A stretch of 64,000 nucleotides of DNA from a virus (taxonomy: Duplodnaviria > Heunggongvirae > Uroviricota > Caudoviricetes). The stretch is from the IMG/VR virus record IMGVR_UViG_3300005323_000036; one strand, given 5' to 3'. How positions within the stretch are numbered: position 1 is the first letter of the stretch; every line of letters begins with the position of its first letter. Positions 27,547-37,936 of this stretch are shown one piece after another. Made by a program: the position numbers and the translations under genes. The notes beneath the pieces were generated by a model. The model was given only the letters and a program-made list of their open reading frames with translations. It was not told where the DNA came from and did no database searches.

Positions 27547-28461
27547 ATGTCCATTCAATTTAAACCAATGCTTGCGTGTAATGCAGATATTAGTAAAATA
27601 AAATACCCTGTTTTAGCAACCCCAAAACTAGATGGTATACGATGTATTATAAAAAATGGAAAATGCATTTCACGCAATTTAAAAGACATTCCAAACAATT
27701 ATATTAGAGAATTATTAATAAATACTATCGGAAATGACTATTATGGAAACTCTAGAATAATATTTGATGGCGAAATTATATGTGGTAACTTTAATACTAC
27801 ATCATCATCTGTAATGAGAAAAACTGGAACACCTATCTTTACATATCATATATTTGATGCTATAACCTTTAATAATTATAATTTGCTATATGAAGATAGA
27901 ATTAATTTTTTAAAAGAATGGTTTTGTGTATTTAAATTAAGAAACAATAAAGAATTTATATCTATAGTAGAACCATATTGTATATCAGATTTTGATGAAT
28001 TACAAAAATATGAGCAAAGGTGCATTAATCTTGGTTATGAAGGCATATGTATTCGCGCGATAGATTCCCCATATAAATTTGGGCGATCTACGGTAAAAGA
28101 AGGATATCTTCTTAAAATAAAAAGGTTTGAAGATTCTGAAGCAGAAATAATAGATTTTGAAGAATTAATGCATAATAACAATGAAAAACTAACCGATGCA
28201 TTAGGTTATACAGATCGTTCAACTTGTAAAGAAAACATGATTCCAATGGAAATGCTTGGATCTTTAAAAGTGAGAGATATTAAAACTAGAATTGAATTTT
28301 CACTTGGTTCCGGTTTTGATTTAAATACGCGCAAGGAAATCTGGAATAATAAAAATAATTACATTGGAAAACTTGTTAAATATAAATATCAACCATCTGG
28401 TAAAAAAGATCTTCCAAGATTCCCAACATTTATTGGAATACGAGATGAAAATGATCTTTAA
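27547..28461 (+). CDS. ATP-dependent DNA ligase (minimal type)
   Basis: Motif I is PKLDGIRC (KxDGxR). Size is 304 aa. It sits next to the second PCNA paralogue. Confidence 0.8.
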   Translation: MSIQFKPMLACNADISKIKYPVLATPKLDGIRCIIKNGKCISRNLKDIPNNYIRELLINTIGNDYYGNSRIIFDGEIICGNFNTTSSSVMRKTGTPIFTYHIFDAITFNNYNLLYEDRINFLKEWFCVFKLRNNKEFISIVEPYCISDFDELQKYEQRCINLGYEGICIRAIDSPYKFGRSTVKEGYLLKIKRFEDSEAEIIDFEELMHNNNEKLTDALGYTDRSTCKENMIPMEMLGSLKVRDIKTRIEFSLGSGFDLNTRKEIWNNKNNYIGKLVKYKYQPSGKKDLPRFPTFIGIRDENDL

Positions 28462-28470
28462 AACCGTTAC

Positions 28471-28577
28471 CTTTATATACAGATAGATCATAAAATTTAG
28501 TACCGGCTTTACACACCCATTAACTTTATGGGAATAACAGGGAAAGTTTTTCTTCTTTCTTTTTCTTTGTTATGAGT
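28471..28577 (-). repeat. intergenic element copy D (reverse orientation) of the 5-member repeat family
   Basis: CTTTATATACAGATAGATCATAAAATTTAGTACCG followed by the polypyrimidine tract TTCTTCTTTCTTTTTCTTTGTTATGA. It lies between the ligase and the ribonucleotide reductase. Confidence 0.6.
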
Positions 28578-28666
28578 TTTTCGGAATTATACTTGTTTCA
28601 TGCGCGCTATATTTGTTTTTAATTTATGATATATTTAAATATGTAAAAAATAAACATATATGTTCT

Positions 28667-30871
28667 ATGCAATCAGATCCTATTGTTGAATCTATTTTAA
28701 AAAAGCGTTATTATCAACCTGGAGAAAGTTCATGGGAAGATATTGCAACCAGAGTATCAAAATTTTTAGCGACAACTGATAAGAATTTTGTAGAATATTT
28801 TCATGCAATTAACGATCTGGAAATTATCCCCAATTCTCCATGTCTTATGAATGCTGGAACTAATAATCCACAATTAAGTGCATGTTTTTCAATTAATATA
28901 GATGACTCAATAGATTCTATTTTTGATGGAGTAAAGGCATGCGCTCTAATTCATAAATCAGGTGGAGGAACTGGAATTAATTTTTCTAAAGTCCGCGGAA
29001 AGGGATCAAATGTTAAAGGAACTGGTCATATGGCATCCGGACCTGTATCTTTCATGTATGCATTTAATCAGGCAACCGAAACGATTAAGCAGGGTGGAAA
29101 ACGTAGGGGTGCAAATCTAGGCTCTCTTGATATTGCTCATTCTGATATTAAAGAATTTATTACATGTAAATCAGAAGAAGGTGTATTATCAAATTTCAAC
29201 ATAAGTGTTAACATTACTGATACCTTTATGAATCATATTAAAAATGAAGAGTTTGATAAAATATGGATAAAATCTACAAATTCTGAAATTCCTGATACTA
29301 CTGTAGGAGAGATATGGAATTTAATTGTGAAAGGTAATTGGAAAAATGGAGAGCCGGGGATTATATTCTCCGATACTGCAGAAAGGGATAACAAACGCCC
29401 AGATTTAGGAAAACTCGAACATACAAACCCATGCGCAGAAACTAGGCTTTTTGCATGGGAATCGTGCAACCTTGCATCAATAAATCTAATGAAATGCTAT
29501 GATACTGATGGTGAATCGTTTAATTGGGACAAATTTCGCTCACTTGTAAAACTCGGCGTTAGATTCCTTAACGATATGATTGATAAAAACAAGTATCCAC
29601 TCCCACAGATTGAAGATGCAACGAAGCGCACACGGAAGATTGGGCTAGGCGTTATGGGATTTGCAGATCTTTTAATTGCACTAAATATGACCTATGGATG
29701 TCAAGGCTCACTTGATTTTGCAGATATGCTATTCAAAGAAATGCGGGATATTGCAGAACAAGAATCTGAAATTATTGGTGGTAAGTTATATAATGCAGCA
29801 TTACTATCAATTGCCCCTACAGGAAGCATAAGTCTATTTGCTGGAGTATCTAGTGGAATAGAGCCCAACTTTGGGTATGTTTATAATAGATCAACGTGGG
29901 TAGATGGTGAAAAGAAGACATATAATATGTTACATCCTATGTTTGAGGAAATAGAAAACATGCTCCGGGAGAATATACTAATAGATACATCAATCGAAGA
30001 TTATGTATTGGAACATGGAACTATAAAGGGAAGTCCATACGAATATGCTTTTGATAATTTCGTCACCGCTAAAGATATCTCTCCAATGGATCACGTTCGG
30101 ATGCAGGCAGTTATTCAGAAACATGTCGATCAAGCAATTAGCAAAACAATAAATTGTCCTGAATCAACGACAGAAACAGAAATTGGAGAACTTATTAAAT
30201 GTGCATGGGAACTTGGTTGTAAAGGATTAACAATTTATAGAGAAGGATCACGAGATGATGTAGTTTTAGAAACAAACTCTAGTAAACCCGAAAACTTTGA
30301 TAAAGAAACAAAAGAAATAAGTAATCCAGTAAAATATAAACTTGTTACTGCAAATGGCAGGATTGTTCCAAAAACTCCGCGCACAATGAATGCTACTGTA
30401 AACAAGCGCAAAACGGGATGTGGAAAACTTTATGTTATTCCTGCAGAAGCATTTGGAGATTTACACTCACTATTCCTAATAAATAAAGGTGGGTGTGATG
30501 CTATGACCCAAACTGTTGCTGAATTAATTGGTTCAATGCGCAGATTTGGTATACCAAGGTGGGAAATTACTAGAATTTGCAGTGGAATTTTATGTCCAGC
30601 GTGTAGAGGCAAAAAAGATGTTGATGGTAAATCTTGTGCTGATATTATTGCAAAGGTAATTCTTGAACTTTATCCAGATGAGATAGAACCAGCAAAAGAA
30701 GATATTATTGAAAATAAAAAAGATGATGTTAAAGTTGAACCTTCTTCTGATGGATTTAAAGGAACCCCGTGTCCTGAATGTTGGGACCCCGTAACTAAAA
30801 CTGGTGGGAGACTTGAATTCATCGAAGGCTGTCGGACTTGCAAATCATGCGGCTACAGTAAATGCTCGTGA
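28667..30871 (+). CDS. nrdJ: class II (adenosylcobalamin-dependent, monomeric NrdJ-type) ribonucleotide reductase
   Basis: TNPCAETRLFAWESCNLASINL active-site region, and a C-terminal Cys-rich tail (CPACRGK…CPECWDP…CRTCKSCGYSKC). The first ATG is 28667; the track start at 28613 is TTG. Confidence 0.85.
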   Translation: MQSDPIVESILKKRYYQPGESSWEDIATRVSKFLATTDKNFVEYFHAINDLEIIPNSPCLMNAGTNNPQLSACFSINIDDSIDSIFDGVKACALIHKSGGGTGINFSKVRGKGSNVKGTGHMASGPVSFMYAFNQATETIKQGGKRRGANLGSLDIAHSDIKEFITCKSEEGVLSNFNISVNITDTFMNHIKNEEFDKIWIKSTNSEIPDTTVGEIWNLIVKGNWKNGEPGIIFSDTAERDNKRPDLGKLEHTNPCAETRLFAWESCNLASINLMKCYDTDGESFNWDKFRSLVKLGVRFLNDMIDKNKYPLPQIEDATKRTRKIGLGVMGFADLLIALNMTYGCQGSLDFADMLFKEMRDIAEQESEIIGGKLYNAALLSIAPTGSISLFAGVSSGIEPNFGYVYNRSTWVDGEKKTYNMLHPMFEEIENMLRENILIDTSIEDYVLEHGTIKGSPYEYAFDNFVTAKDISPMDHVRMQAVIQKHVDQAISKTINCPESTTETEIGELIKCAWELGCKGLTIYREGSRDDVVLETNSSKPENFDKETKEISNPVKYKLVTANGRIVPKTPRTMNATVNKRKTGCGKLYVIPAEAFGDLHSLFLINKGGCDAMTQTVAELIGSMRRFGIPRWEITRICSGILCPACRGKKDVDGKSCADIIAKVILELYPDEIEPAKEDIIENKKDDVKVEPSSDGFKGTPCPECWDPVTKTGGRLEFIEGCRTCKSCGYSKCS

Positions 30872-30948
30872 TATAGAACATAATATATAATTTATTTCTT
30901 TTTCTTCATTAACATTAATTTTAAATAATATATTCATTAATTTATATT

Positions 30949-31323
30949 ATGATTTCTGATGAGTTTAAAAGTGAAGGACATTGGGGTTTATCATCTGCAA
31001 TAACTGTTCACAATTGTGATTCTGATAAGATAAGAAACGGTTCATTTATTAAACAATTTCTATTTGATCTGATAGATTACATTGATATGAAAAGACACGG
31101 TGAGCCTGTCATAGAAAGATTCGGCAGTGGCAGTTTAGTTGGCTACAGTGTAATGCAACTTATAGAAACATCGTCAATAACAATGCACTTTAGCGAGGTT
31201 GATAATCGCGCATTTATTGACATATTCTCATGTAAAGGATATGAACCTGATGAAACCGCTGAATATTGCGAAGACTATCTATCAGGCACTAATGTAACAG
31301 TCTCATGGCAATTTAGAGACTAA
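30949..31323 (+). CDS. S-adenosylmethionine decarboxylase-like (SpeH/class 1 pyruvoyl-enzyme fold) protein
   Basis: LIETSSITMHFSEVDNRAFIDIFSCKGYEPDE matches the AdoMetDC region LAESHISIHTWPE…DVFTCG. The self-cleavage Glu-Ser motif is altered to E-T-S-S. Confidence 0.45.
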   Translation: MISDEFKSEGHWGLSSAITVHNCDSDKIRNGSFIKQFLFDLIDYIDMKRHGEPVIERFGSGSLVGYSVMQLIETSSITMHFSEVDNRAFIDIFSCKGYEPDETAEYCEDYLSGTNVTVSWQFRD

Positions 31324-31357
31324 TATCAAACAATAATCTATTTTTACAGGATCTAGA

Positions 31358-31461
31358 AGAATTACTAAAACCTCATAACAAAAAGGAAAAAGAAAGATCC
31401 TCTTTGCTAGGTCTACACTAAATTATATGATCTTAAAGTATATAAATGTTATTGTTGATTA
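31358..31461 (+). repeat. intergenic element copy B; 104 bp identical to 48683..48786
   Basis: Base-by-base comparison gives a perfect 104-nt match. It contains the polypurine tract AAAAAGGAAAAAGAAAGATCC and the core CACTAAATTATATGATCTTAAAGTATATAAATG. Confidence 0.85.
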
Positions 31462-31559
31462 GTGGATCTTTAAATTTATTTTTTTCTCTTTTATTCTTCC
31501 AATATCTTTATCATCTTATAAGTTTAATATGTAATTGGTCGTAAGACTAGGTATAGACT

Positions 31560-32447
31560 ATGTTATTGTTCTTTATTATAGGACTAGTATTAGGAATTAT
31601 TGGACTAATGGGACTACTAAAGAAGCCATCTTCAGATTATGATGATAGTTTCATTGGTAAAATAATCAGTGGCATATTATTAATTGTAGGATTATTTTTA
31701 ATTGTTAGTTCGTGTGTTATTGTTATTAATCCAGGAGAAGTTGGAGTGGCAGTTACTCTTGGTAATTTAGATAATAATGTTAAATATTCTGGAATTAATT
31801 TTGTATTACCGATTACAGATATTGTTATTTTTAACGCAAAAACTCAAGTAGATACACAACAGGCGAATGTTCTAACATCAGATGCACTTACTATTGCTAC
31901 TGATGCATCGATTAACTATAGAATAGATCCAGCATCAATTATATCCATTTACAAAACAATGGGAACTGAATATAAAGAAACTGTAGTCGATCCTACGATT
32001 CGTTCTGTAATCAGAGATGCATTTGCTACTTATGATACTAAAACACTCTATAGTTCAGGCAGAACTAACTTGAGTGAAGAAATTGAAAAACGTCTTTCTG
32101 TAGATCTTAAACCACGCGGAATTATAATTGAAGATGTTCTACTTCGTTCAGCAGAACCACCGGCATCTGTAAAAACTGCAATTGAACAGAAACAGCAGAT
32201 GGAACAGGAGATCCAGAAGAAGCAGTTTGAAGTTCAAAAGGAACAGGCTGAAGCAAATCGTAAAATTGCAGAGGCTAATGGTATTGCAGAAGCAAATCGT
32301 ATCATCAGTAATTCTATTACACCTGCATATATTGAATGGTATACTGTTGATATGCTTAAGAATCACCACAGTGATGCTATGATGTATATTCCAACTGGTT
32401 CAAATGGTCTTCCAATGGTAACATCATTACCATCTAACAAATCATAA
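31560..32447 (+). CDS. SPFH/band-7 (stomatin/prohibitin/HflKC-like) membrane protein
   Basis: N-terminal TM, then VINPGEVGVAVTLGN… SPFH core, then a coiled coil EQKQQMEQEIQKKQFEVQKEQAEANRKIAEANGIAEANRII. Confidence 0.75.
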   Translation: MLLFFIIGLVLGIIGLMGLLKKPSSDYDDSFIGKIISGILLIVGLFLIVSSCVIVINPGEVGVAVTLGNLDNNVKYSGINFVLPITDIVIFNAKTQVDTQQANVLTSDALTIATDASINYRIDPASIISIYKTMGTEYKETVVDPTIRSVIRDAFATYDTKTLYSSGRTNLSEEIEKRLSVDLKPRGIIIEDVLLRSAEPPASVKTAIEQKQQMEQEIQKKQFEVQKEQAEANRKIAEANGIAEANRIISNSITPAYIEWYTVDMLKNHHSDAMMYIPTGSNGLPMVTSLPSNKS

Positions 32448-32511
32448 TATTTTCTATTTTTTATTTTATATTCCCATACATTTATCATCTTTCTTATCCA
32501 ATACTATATTG

Positions 32512-32769
32512 ATGGATTGTTCAATTAGGTATTGGTTGAAAAATAAACTACTTGACATTACAACTTATTCTACTGTATTATCGGTAGGTGGTGGATTTCT
32601 TGTAGCAAGTAATGAACGATTTATAAGAGAAGTGGGTTATATTATTTGGATTATTTCAAATGTAATTTGGTGTTATCATTTTGGAAACACAAAACAAACA
32701 AATGCAATGATTATGTTTTTCATTTACTTGATTACATCGATTATTGGGCTTTACAACAATTTGGTTTAA
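32512..32769 (+). CDS. small multi-TM membrane protein (possible SPFH partner)
   Basis: ATG at 32512 (the track start at 32509 is TTG). It has three hydrophobic segments and lies directly downstream of the SPFH gene. Confidence 0.35.
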   Translation: MDCSIRYWLKNKLLDITTYSTVLSVGGGFLVASNERFIREVGYIIWIISNVIWCYHFGNTKQTNAMIMFFIYLITSIIGLYNNLV

Positions 32770-32772
32770 TTT

Positions 32773-33207
32773 ATGATCATCGTTATAGACTTCGATAATA
32801 CGATTACTAATTCAGATCTTACGTATCCCGAAATTGATGAGATTAGAATTGGTGCGCGTGAAATAATTAACAAGTATTATGATATGGGACATTGTATTAT
32901 AATCAATACTTGCAGATGTGATGAAGCGCAAAAAATGGCAGAAGAATGGCTCATTGAAAGGAATATTAAATTTTGTCATATAAATGAAAACTGTGAAATG
33001 CGTAAAATAAGATTTGGCAATGATACTAGGAAAATTGGAGGGGTAATAAGTATAGATGATAAAAATGTAGAATCGTTATATTGGAATGGTAAAAAGGGAC
33101 CAGATTGGTATGAGATTGATATTATGCTTGAAAAGATATTAAACAGTATTGATTTTAAACCTCATGAATTGTGTGAAAAGAGAAATAAAGAAATTAATAG
33201 TTGTTAA
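32773..33207 (+). CDS. HAD-superfamily phosphatase
   Basis: Motif I is IVIDFDNTIT (DxDxT), motif II is IIINTCR, and motif IV is GVISIDDK. Confidence 0.5.
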   Translation: MIIVIDFDNTITNSDLTYPEIDEIRIGAREIINKYYDMGHCIIINTCRCDEAQKMAEEWLIERNIKFCHINENCEMRKIRFGNDTRKIGGVISIDDKNVESLYWNGKKGPDWYEIDIMLEKILNSIDFKPHELCEKRNKEINSC

Positions 33208-33208
33208 A

Positions 33209-33376
33209 ATGATATGTAAATGTTGTAATAAAGATGAAGTATATCTATTAAATATTTCAAAATCAAATACAAATTATTATAAATGTAAATCTTGCAGTGC
33301 CACATATGAATTATTTGATGGTTTGAATTATGACACTGTGTATAATTCCCAACTTATGAAAGAAATTAATAGATAA
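33209..33376 (+). CDS. zinc-ribbon small protein
   Basis: MICKCCNKDE…CKSCSATY. The ATG follows the upstream stop. Confidence 0.35.
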   Translation: MICKCCNKDEVYLLNISKSNTNYYKCKSCSATYELFDGLNYDTVYNSQLMKEINR

Positions 33377-33382
33377 TATATT

Positions 33383-33757
33383 ATGTATCCCACTACTAAT
33401 CATCAATTTATTGCGATTAAAGCAGCACTTGATATGAAACTTTCTAGGTTTAAACATGGTGCTATAATTTATGATAAAAATGGAAAGGTCTTGTCTGTAG
33501 GTAGAAATATTCCACATTATAGACCTGGATTAAAAAAGTATGGATATAAGAATCTATTACTTCATGCTGAATCAGATGCTATATTAAAATGTAATCCTGA
33601 AGATCTTAAAGGCTCAAATCTATTGGTGATTAGAACGGGTAAGAATAAACTTTGTAATAGTAAACCATGTGAACACTGTCTATCCATGATATTACAATGC
33701 GGTATTAAACACGTTTACTATAGCAATGTAGATGGTAAGATAGAAAGATTATTTTAA
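33383..33757 (+). CDS. cytidine/deoxycytidylate deaminase-fold zinc deaminase (substrate uncertain)
   Basis: HAESDA (HxE zinc ligand) and PCEHC (PCxxC), with an N-terminal GAIIYDKNGKVLSVGRN typical of the CDA fold. Confidence 0.6.
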   Translation: MYPTTNHQFIAIKAALDMKLSRFKHGAIIYDKNGKVLSVGRNIPHYRPGLKKYGYKNLLLHAESDAILKCNPEDLKGSNLLVIRTGKNKLCNSKPCEHCLSMILQCGIKHVYYSNVDGKIERLF

Positions 33758-33786
33758 AAGAGATAATAAAAGGTTGTTATAAAATT

Positions 33787-34299
33787 ATGAACACTAAACC
33801 TTATGATAAAGAATATATTACATTCCTTTTTAATAAATTTATTGAAATTGCACCCATTGGGAATTGGAAAGTTGAATTAACATTTCTAAATAAAAATGAA
33901 ATGTATGATTTAGTAGGTAGAGATGATTGTCATGGTGTTACAATTTATAAAGATTATATTGAACTTGCTAATATATATTTAAATGTAGATTCTAAATATA
34001 ATGATTGGGAATCTCCAGAGCAAACACTATTTCATGAATTAACCCACGTTGAGATGAGATATTTTGATGAGTATGTAAAAAGTATTGTTGAAGTTCCAGA
34101 TTTATATAATACAATGAGAGAACGATTTGTTAATAATATTGCTACTGCTATGCAGAATATGATTAAAGATAATAGAATAAAAAGAGCAAAAGACTTTAAG
34201 GTGTGTCTTAACAAAATTCATAATGATAAAGAATTTCAAAAAGAAATTGATGAAATAACAGAGAATATAAAGAAACATCATAATAATCCAATTTCTTGA
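33787..34299 (+). CDS. putative HExxH zinc metallopeptidase-like protein
   Basis: FHELTHVEMRY motif. No other family assignment is possible. Confidence 0.35.
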   Translation: MNTKPYDKEYITFLFNKFIEIAPIGNWKVELTFLNKNEMYDLVGRDDCHGVTIYKDYIELANIYLNVDSKYNDWESPEQTLFHELTHVEMRYFDEYVKSIVEVPDLYNTMRERFVNNIATAMQNMIKDNRIKRAKDFKVCLNKIHNDKEFQKEIDEITENIKKHHNNPIS

Positions 34300-34661
34300 A
34301 CTTTTTAATCGTTTAATATAAATACTTGTAAACTAAATTAGTCATTGCATAGGTGGTCGAAAATGTATAAATACAAACCAGAATATAGAACCGCCATTGA
34401 AATCATTTACGATGATCTCAACAAGATTGCAGATAAAAATGATACATCTTTTGAATACGTAATTCGTGATCTGTATAGTTATCATTTTGAAGGATTTAGA
34501 AGAGAATAAATGTCAATTTGTTTTATTGATGAAGATTATCTTGGAAAGTTATTAAAATCTAATAATTATCCATCAGTATTAGATATATCTGAATATGATT
34601 ATGAATCTATATTTTCAGATGAAAAAGAGAATAAAATTATTTAAAATTTTTAAGGTTTAAT

Positions 34662-35330
34662 ATGTGTGATTTATCATTTATTATGGAAATTTTTGCAATT
34701 GAATTAGAAGATAAAGAAACTGACGAATCTTCAATAGAGCATTATTATAAAAATGAAATAGTTAAAACTGAAACTAATTTAAACTATATTAAAGTATTGC
34801 AAAACGAAAAAGATTTTGAATTATATAAAACAATGAGAGGGCTATATAATTTTATTAAAAGAGAGTGTGATTTACATAGGTGGATTTTATATCATTATAA
34901 CACAAAAGTTCCACATTATGATAGATATGAAGAATATGAAAAGTATGCATCTGAATTAATGAGAGAGTATCCAGATCTTATTAAAGAAGATATAGAGACT
35001 TTAAAAACGCTATTAGAAAGATATCTATTTGAATTAAAATCTACAGAATTTCCAGTATCATATTCTGAAAAGTTAGATAAAATTATTAAACACTTTGGAA
35101 TTCATAATCAGGTTCATAAACTTGCTGAAGAAACTGGTGAACTAACTGGTGAAATTGTTAGATTTAATGGAGGTTTTGTTCCTACAAATAAACGCATCAC
35201 TGAAGAATTTGCAGATGTTGTAATGATTCTAAATCAGATTAGACACTACTATAATGTAGATTTAGAAGAAGTTTATGAAATATTAAGAAGTAAACCAGAT
35301 GAAGTAATGGATAAGTATTATATAAAGTAA
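34662..35330 (+). CDS. MazG-like nucleoside triphosphate pyrophosphohydrolase (C-terminal domain) with unknown N-terminal domain
   Basis: HKLAEETGELTGEI…EEFADVVMILNQI is the EExxE…E…D metal-binding pattern of MazG/HisE. Confidence 0.6.
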   Translation: MCDLSFIMEIFAIELEDKETDESSIEHYYKNEIVKTETNLNYIKVLQNEKDFELYKTMRGLYNFIKRECDLHRWILYHYNTKVPHYDRYEEYEKYASELMREYPDLIKEDIETLKTLLERYLFELKSTEFPVSYSEKLDKIIKHFGIHNQVHKLAEETGELTGEIVRFNGGFVPTNKRITEEFADVVMILNQIRHYYNVDLEEVYEILRSKPDEVMDKYYIK

Positions 35331-35718
35331 GAACATTATTTAGGTTATTATTATGTCATATAAAAAAGAAAGCAACGAAAGTAAAAAAGAAGAACAAAAA
35401 GAAAGAAAAACACGAGGCAATAAATCTATGATTGGCAGGGTTACTAAATCTAAAAAGAAATCATAATTAGATCTATTATCTTTACCTCTATCTTTTTATA
35501 CTGATTAATTCTTTTTTATTTTATGGCATGTGGATCAGGTTCTGGTAAGTCAAAAGGAACTTCTAAAGCAAAGAAATCTATGCCCAAAGTTCCAAAGAAA
35601 CCAATGAAATAATTTTATTTGGTTATATTTATAGTATAGTTGTTGAATAATTGATTTTACACTTCATTTTTCTATTTTTGAGATAGTTATTTATATTTTA
35701 AATTACCATTATATATTA

Positions 35719-35964
35719 ATGCAAATCATTTTTGAATCTGATGATGAAATAGTAAACTACATTTCTAAAAGAGAAGATTTAGTAGATTCAATTTTATTAA
35801 GAACTAGTTTAGATATAGTTGTTAAAATTCTAAAAACTAGATATTATGGAAATAGTTGTGAACAGTATTATAATTATACAGATGGAGAATTTAATCTTGT
35901 TTTAAAAAATCGTATAGAAGATTTTGAAGGGGTAATAAAGAGAATTAGAAGTTTTATGAAATGA
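35719..35964 (+). CDS. hypothetical protein
   Basis: 81-aa ORF. Confidence 0.35.
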   Translation: MQIIFESDDEIVNYISKREDLVDSILLRTSLDIVVKILKTRYYGNSCEQYYNYTDGEFNLVLKNRIEDFEGVIKRIRSFMK

Positions 35965-36067
35965 TTGGTTATTTTTTATTTTTAAGGTTTAATTAAAATA
36001 TTGTCTTTCTCCTTTACTTATAAATTATTCGATATATTTATATAGTTTTAAGTTTAATAGTATATAA

Positions 36068-36760
36068 ATGCAAATACCTGGCACATGGGCACCTCTTTTT
36101 AAACCTGATGGAACTAAAGATTATGAACCTAATATTTTTCATATTCAGGATAAAGATAAATTAAGAACAATGGTTGATAACGATCCAGAAGCAAAAGGAT
36201 CACTACTTAAGATATTTTCCGAACTTTCTTTTAATGGAAAACTTGCAAGAACTACTGAACCCGGAGAAATTCCTGTTCCAAATGAACAATTTATTATTAG
36301 ATTAGTTGAAGATTATAACAATGCATTTAATTCTTATAAACCTGGGTTTATTGAAAAGAGAATTAAAGATAGAGCATTAGATTTTCTTGTAGCATTATAT
36401 AGAGTTGATTCTGCATATTTTGAACGTATTGGTGGAATTATATCATATTTAATTGCACAACATTCTACTAAATTTACAGATATTAATGGTAATTATCTAA
36501 ATTCTATTATTGATACACATGGATGGTGGAATGAATCTGACTATAGAGAACGTAGTAGAGGGTGGATAGATTGGGGATTTAGATTCATAGAAAATAAATA
36601 TAAAACTGATCCATTCTATAAGAAGTCTATCAATCATGTATTTCTATTCATTAATTTAAATAAACAGAATTGGGCATTTGATAAACGATATAATCCTGAA
36701 TTCTGGTTTCCATATGGAAGAGGAATGGAATGCAACATGCTTCATGGAGGTAATTATTAA
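36068..36760 (+). CDS. hypothetical protein
   Basis: 230-aa ORF with no recognisable motif. Confidence 0.4.
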   Translation: MQIPGTWAPLFKPDGTKDYEPNIFHIQDKDKLRTMVDNDPEAKGSLLKIFSELSFNGKLARTTEPGEIPVPNEQFIIRLVEDYNNAFNSYKPGFIEKRIKDRALDFLVALYRVDSAYFERIGGIISYLIAQHSTKFTDINGNYLNSIIDTHGWWNESDYRERSRGWIDWGFRFIENKYKTDPFYKKSINHVFLFINLNKQNWAFDKRYNPEFWFPYGRGMECNMLHGGNY

Positions 36761-36814
36761 ATGAATGAGAGAAAAGGAAAGTTTTATACTTATTTTAATA
36801 GAGATGAGTATTAA

Positions 36815-37132
36815 ATGTCAATTGCATATTTTAATAAACCATGTGGCGTTTATAATACAGATCCTGATTTATGTTGCAAGTTTTGTAGTGAATATGGATG
36901 TGAAATTGGAATTATAGATTGTGAAAATGAAGATCCATACTCATTACGAGAATCAGAACTTGAAGAATTTGAAATAATGGAAATGCATCAGGAATTAGAT
37001 GAAGAAGATAAAGAATTGATTGCTTCTAAAAAACATAAATGCTATCTTCATGTTACAGATAATGAATTAATTGATGCGATTCAATTTTATAGAAAATTTA
37101 TGAAAAATAGTTTCAATGGAGATGATTATTAA
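36815..37132 (+). CDS. Cys-rich protein
   Basis: CGVYNTDPDLCCKFCSEYGCEIGIIDC. Confidence 0.4.
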   Translation: MSIAYFNKPCGVYNTDPDLCCKFCSEYGCEIGIIDCENEDPYSLRESELEEFEIMEMHQELDEEDKELIASKKHKCYLHVTDNELIDAIQFYRKFMKNSFNGDDY

Positions 37133-37708
37133 ATGGTAGTTAAAAGGTGTCCTAGATGCAACTCACTATTTGAACCTTTAAATGAGGAACAAGAATTTTG
37201 TAAACCCGATTGTGAACCATCTAAAGTTGTTATTGATCCTGTGACTAAATATCTTGCGTCTATTCAATTTGGAGCGAATCTATTTGTTGAACTTGAGAAA
37301 GCATGGGAAGATCCGGATACATTGGCAAAGTTTTTTCAAACACCAGATGTTCTTGTTTTAATACATGAAGTTCATCAGATGGAATTTTATGATCCAAATA
37401 GAGATGGTCCTGGTGAAATAGATCATAAAGCATTTATAAATCTATTGAAATGGATGATTGTTAAATATACAAACGATCCTGTTTGGTTCTGTTACATTGG
37501 GCATTTGATTAGATTTTTAGCAGCATACTCACAACCAAGTTCAAACTTCCCAATTAGAACATCGCCGAGATTTTATCCAGATAATTTTATAAAACGTGGA
37601 GAGCCAATTAATTTTAGTGAAGAAAATAAAAAAGTAGAAAATCCACAAGACATTTTCAAACGTAAACGTAAAGAAATGGAAGAAAAAAGATTTGGAAAGG
37701 AAGAATAA
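37133..37708 (+). CDS. hypothetical protein with N-terminal zinc ribbon
   Basis: CPRCNSLF…CKPDCE. Confidence 0.4.
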   Translation: MVVKRCPRCNSLFEPLNEEQEFCKPDCEPSKVVIDPVTKYLASIQFGANLFVELEKAWEDPDTLAKFFQTPDVLVLIHEVHQMEFYDPNRDGPGEIDHKAFINLLKWMIVKYTNDPVWFCYIGHLIRFLAAYSQPSSNFPIRTSPRFYPDNFIKRGEPINFSEENKKVENPQDIFKRKRKEMEEKRFGKEE

Positions 37709-37936
37709 AATGTGGTTTAAATTAAAAGATAAAGATATTTTCTATAATGAAAATATTATATATTCTACATTTAAAGAAAATGATAAATGGTTCATAAATT
37801 TTTGTGGAGGTAAGGAAGAAATAGAAGATATAATATATGATAATCCGTTAATATAAATTAATTTTATTTTTAATCTTTCTTTTATATCTTAAATTTTTGG
37901 ATTATATATTTATACTATTAAATATAACTATATAAT

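Noticed and set aside
28613-28666. TTG-initiated N-terminal extension of the ribonucleotide reductase in the ORF track
   Set aside because: The extension (MFLIYDIFKYVKNKHICS) is AT-rich and lies in the leader downstream of repeat copy D. ATG at 28667 gives a typical RNR N-terminus.
32148-32382. Two overlapping ORFs (both strands) inside the SPFH gene
   Set aside because: They are artefacts of the repetitive CAG/GAA codons of the coiled-coil region. Their translations are low-complexity.
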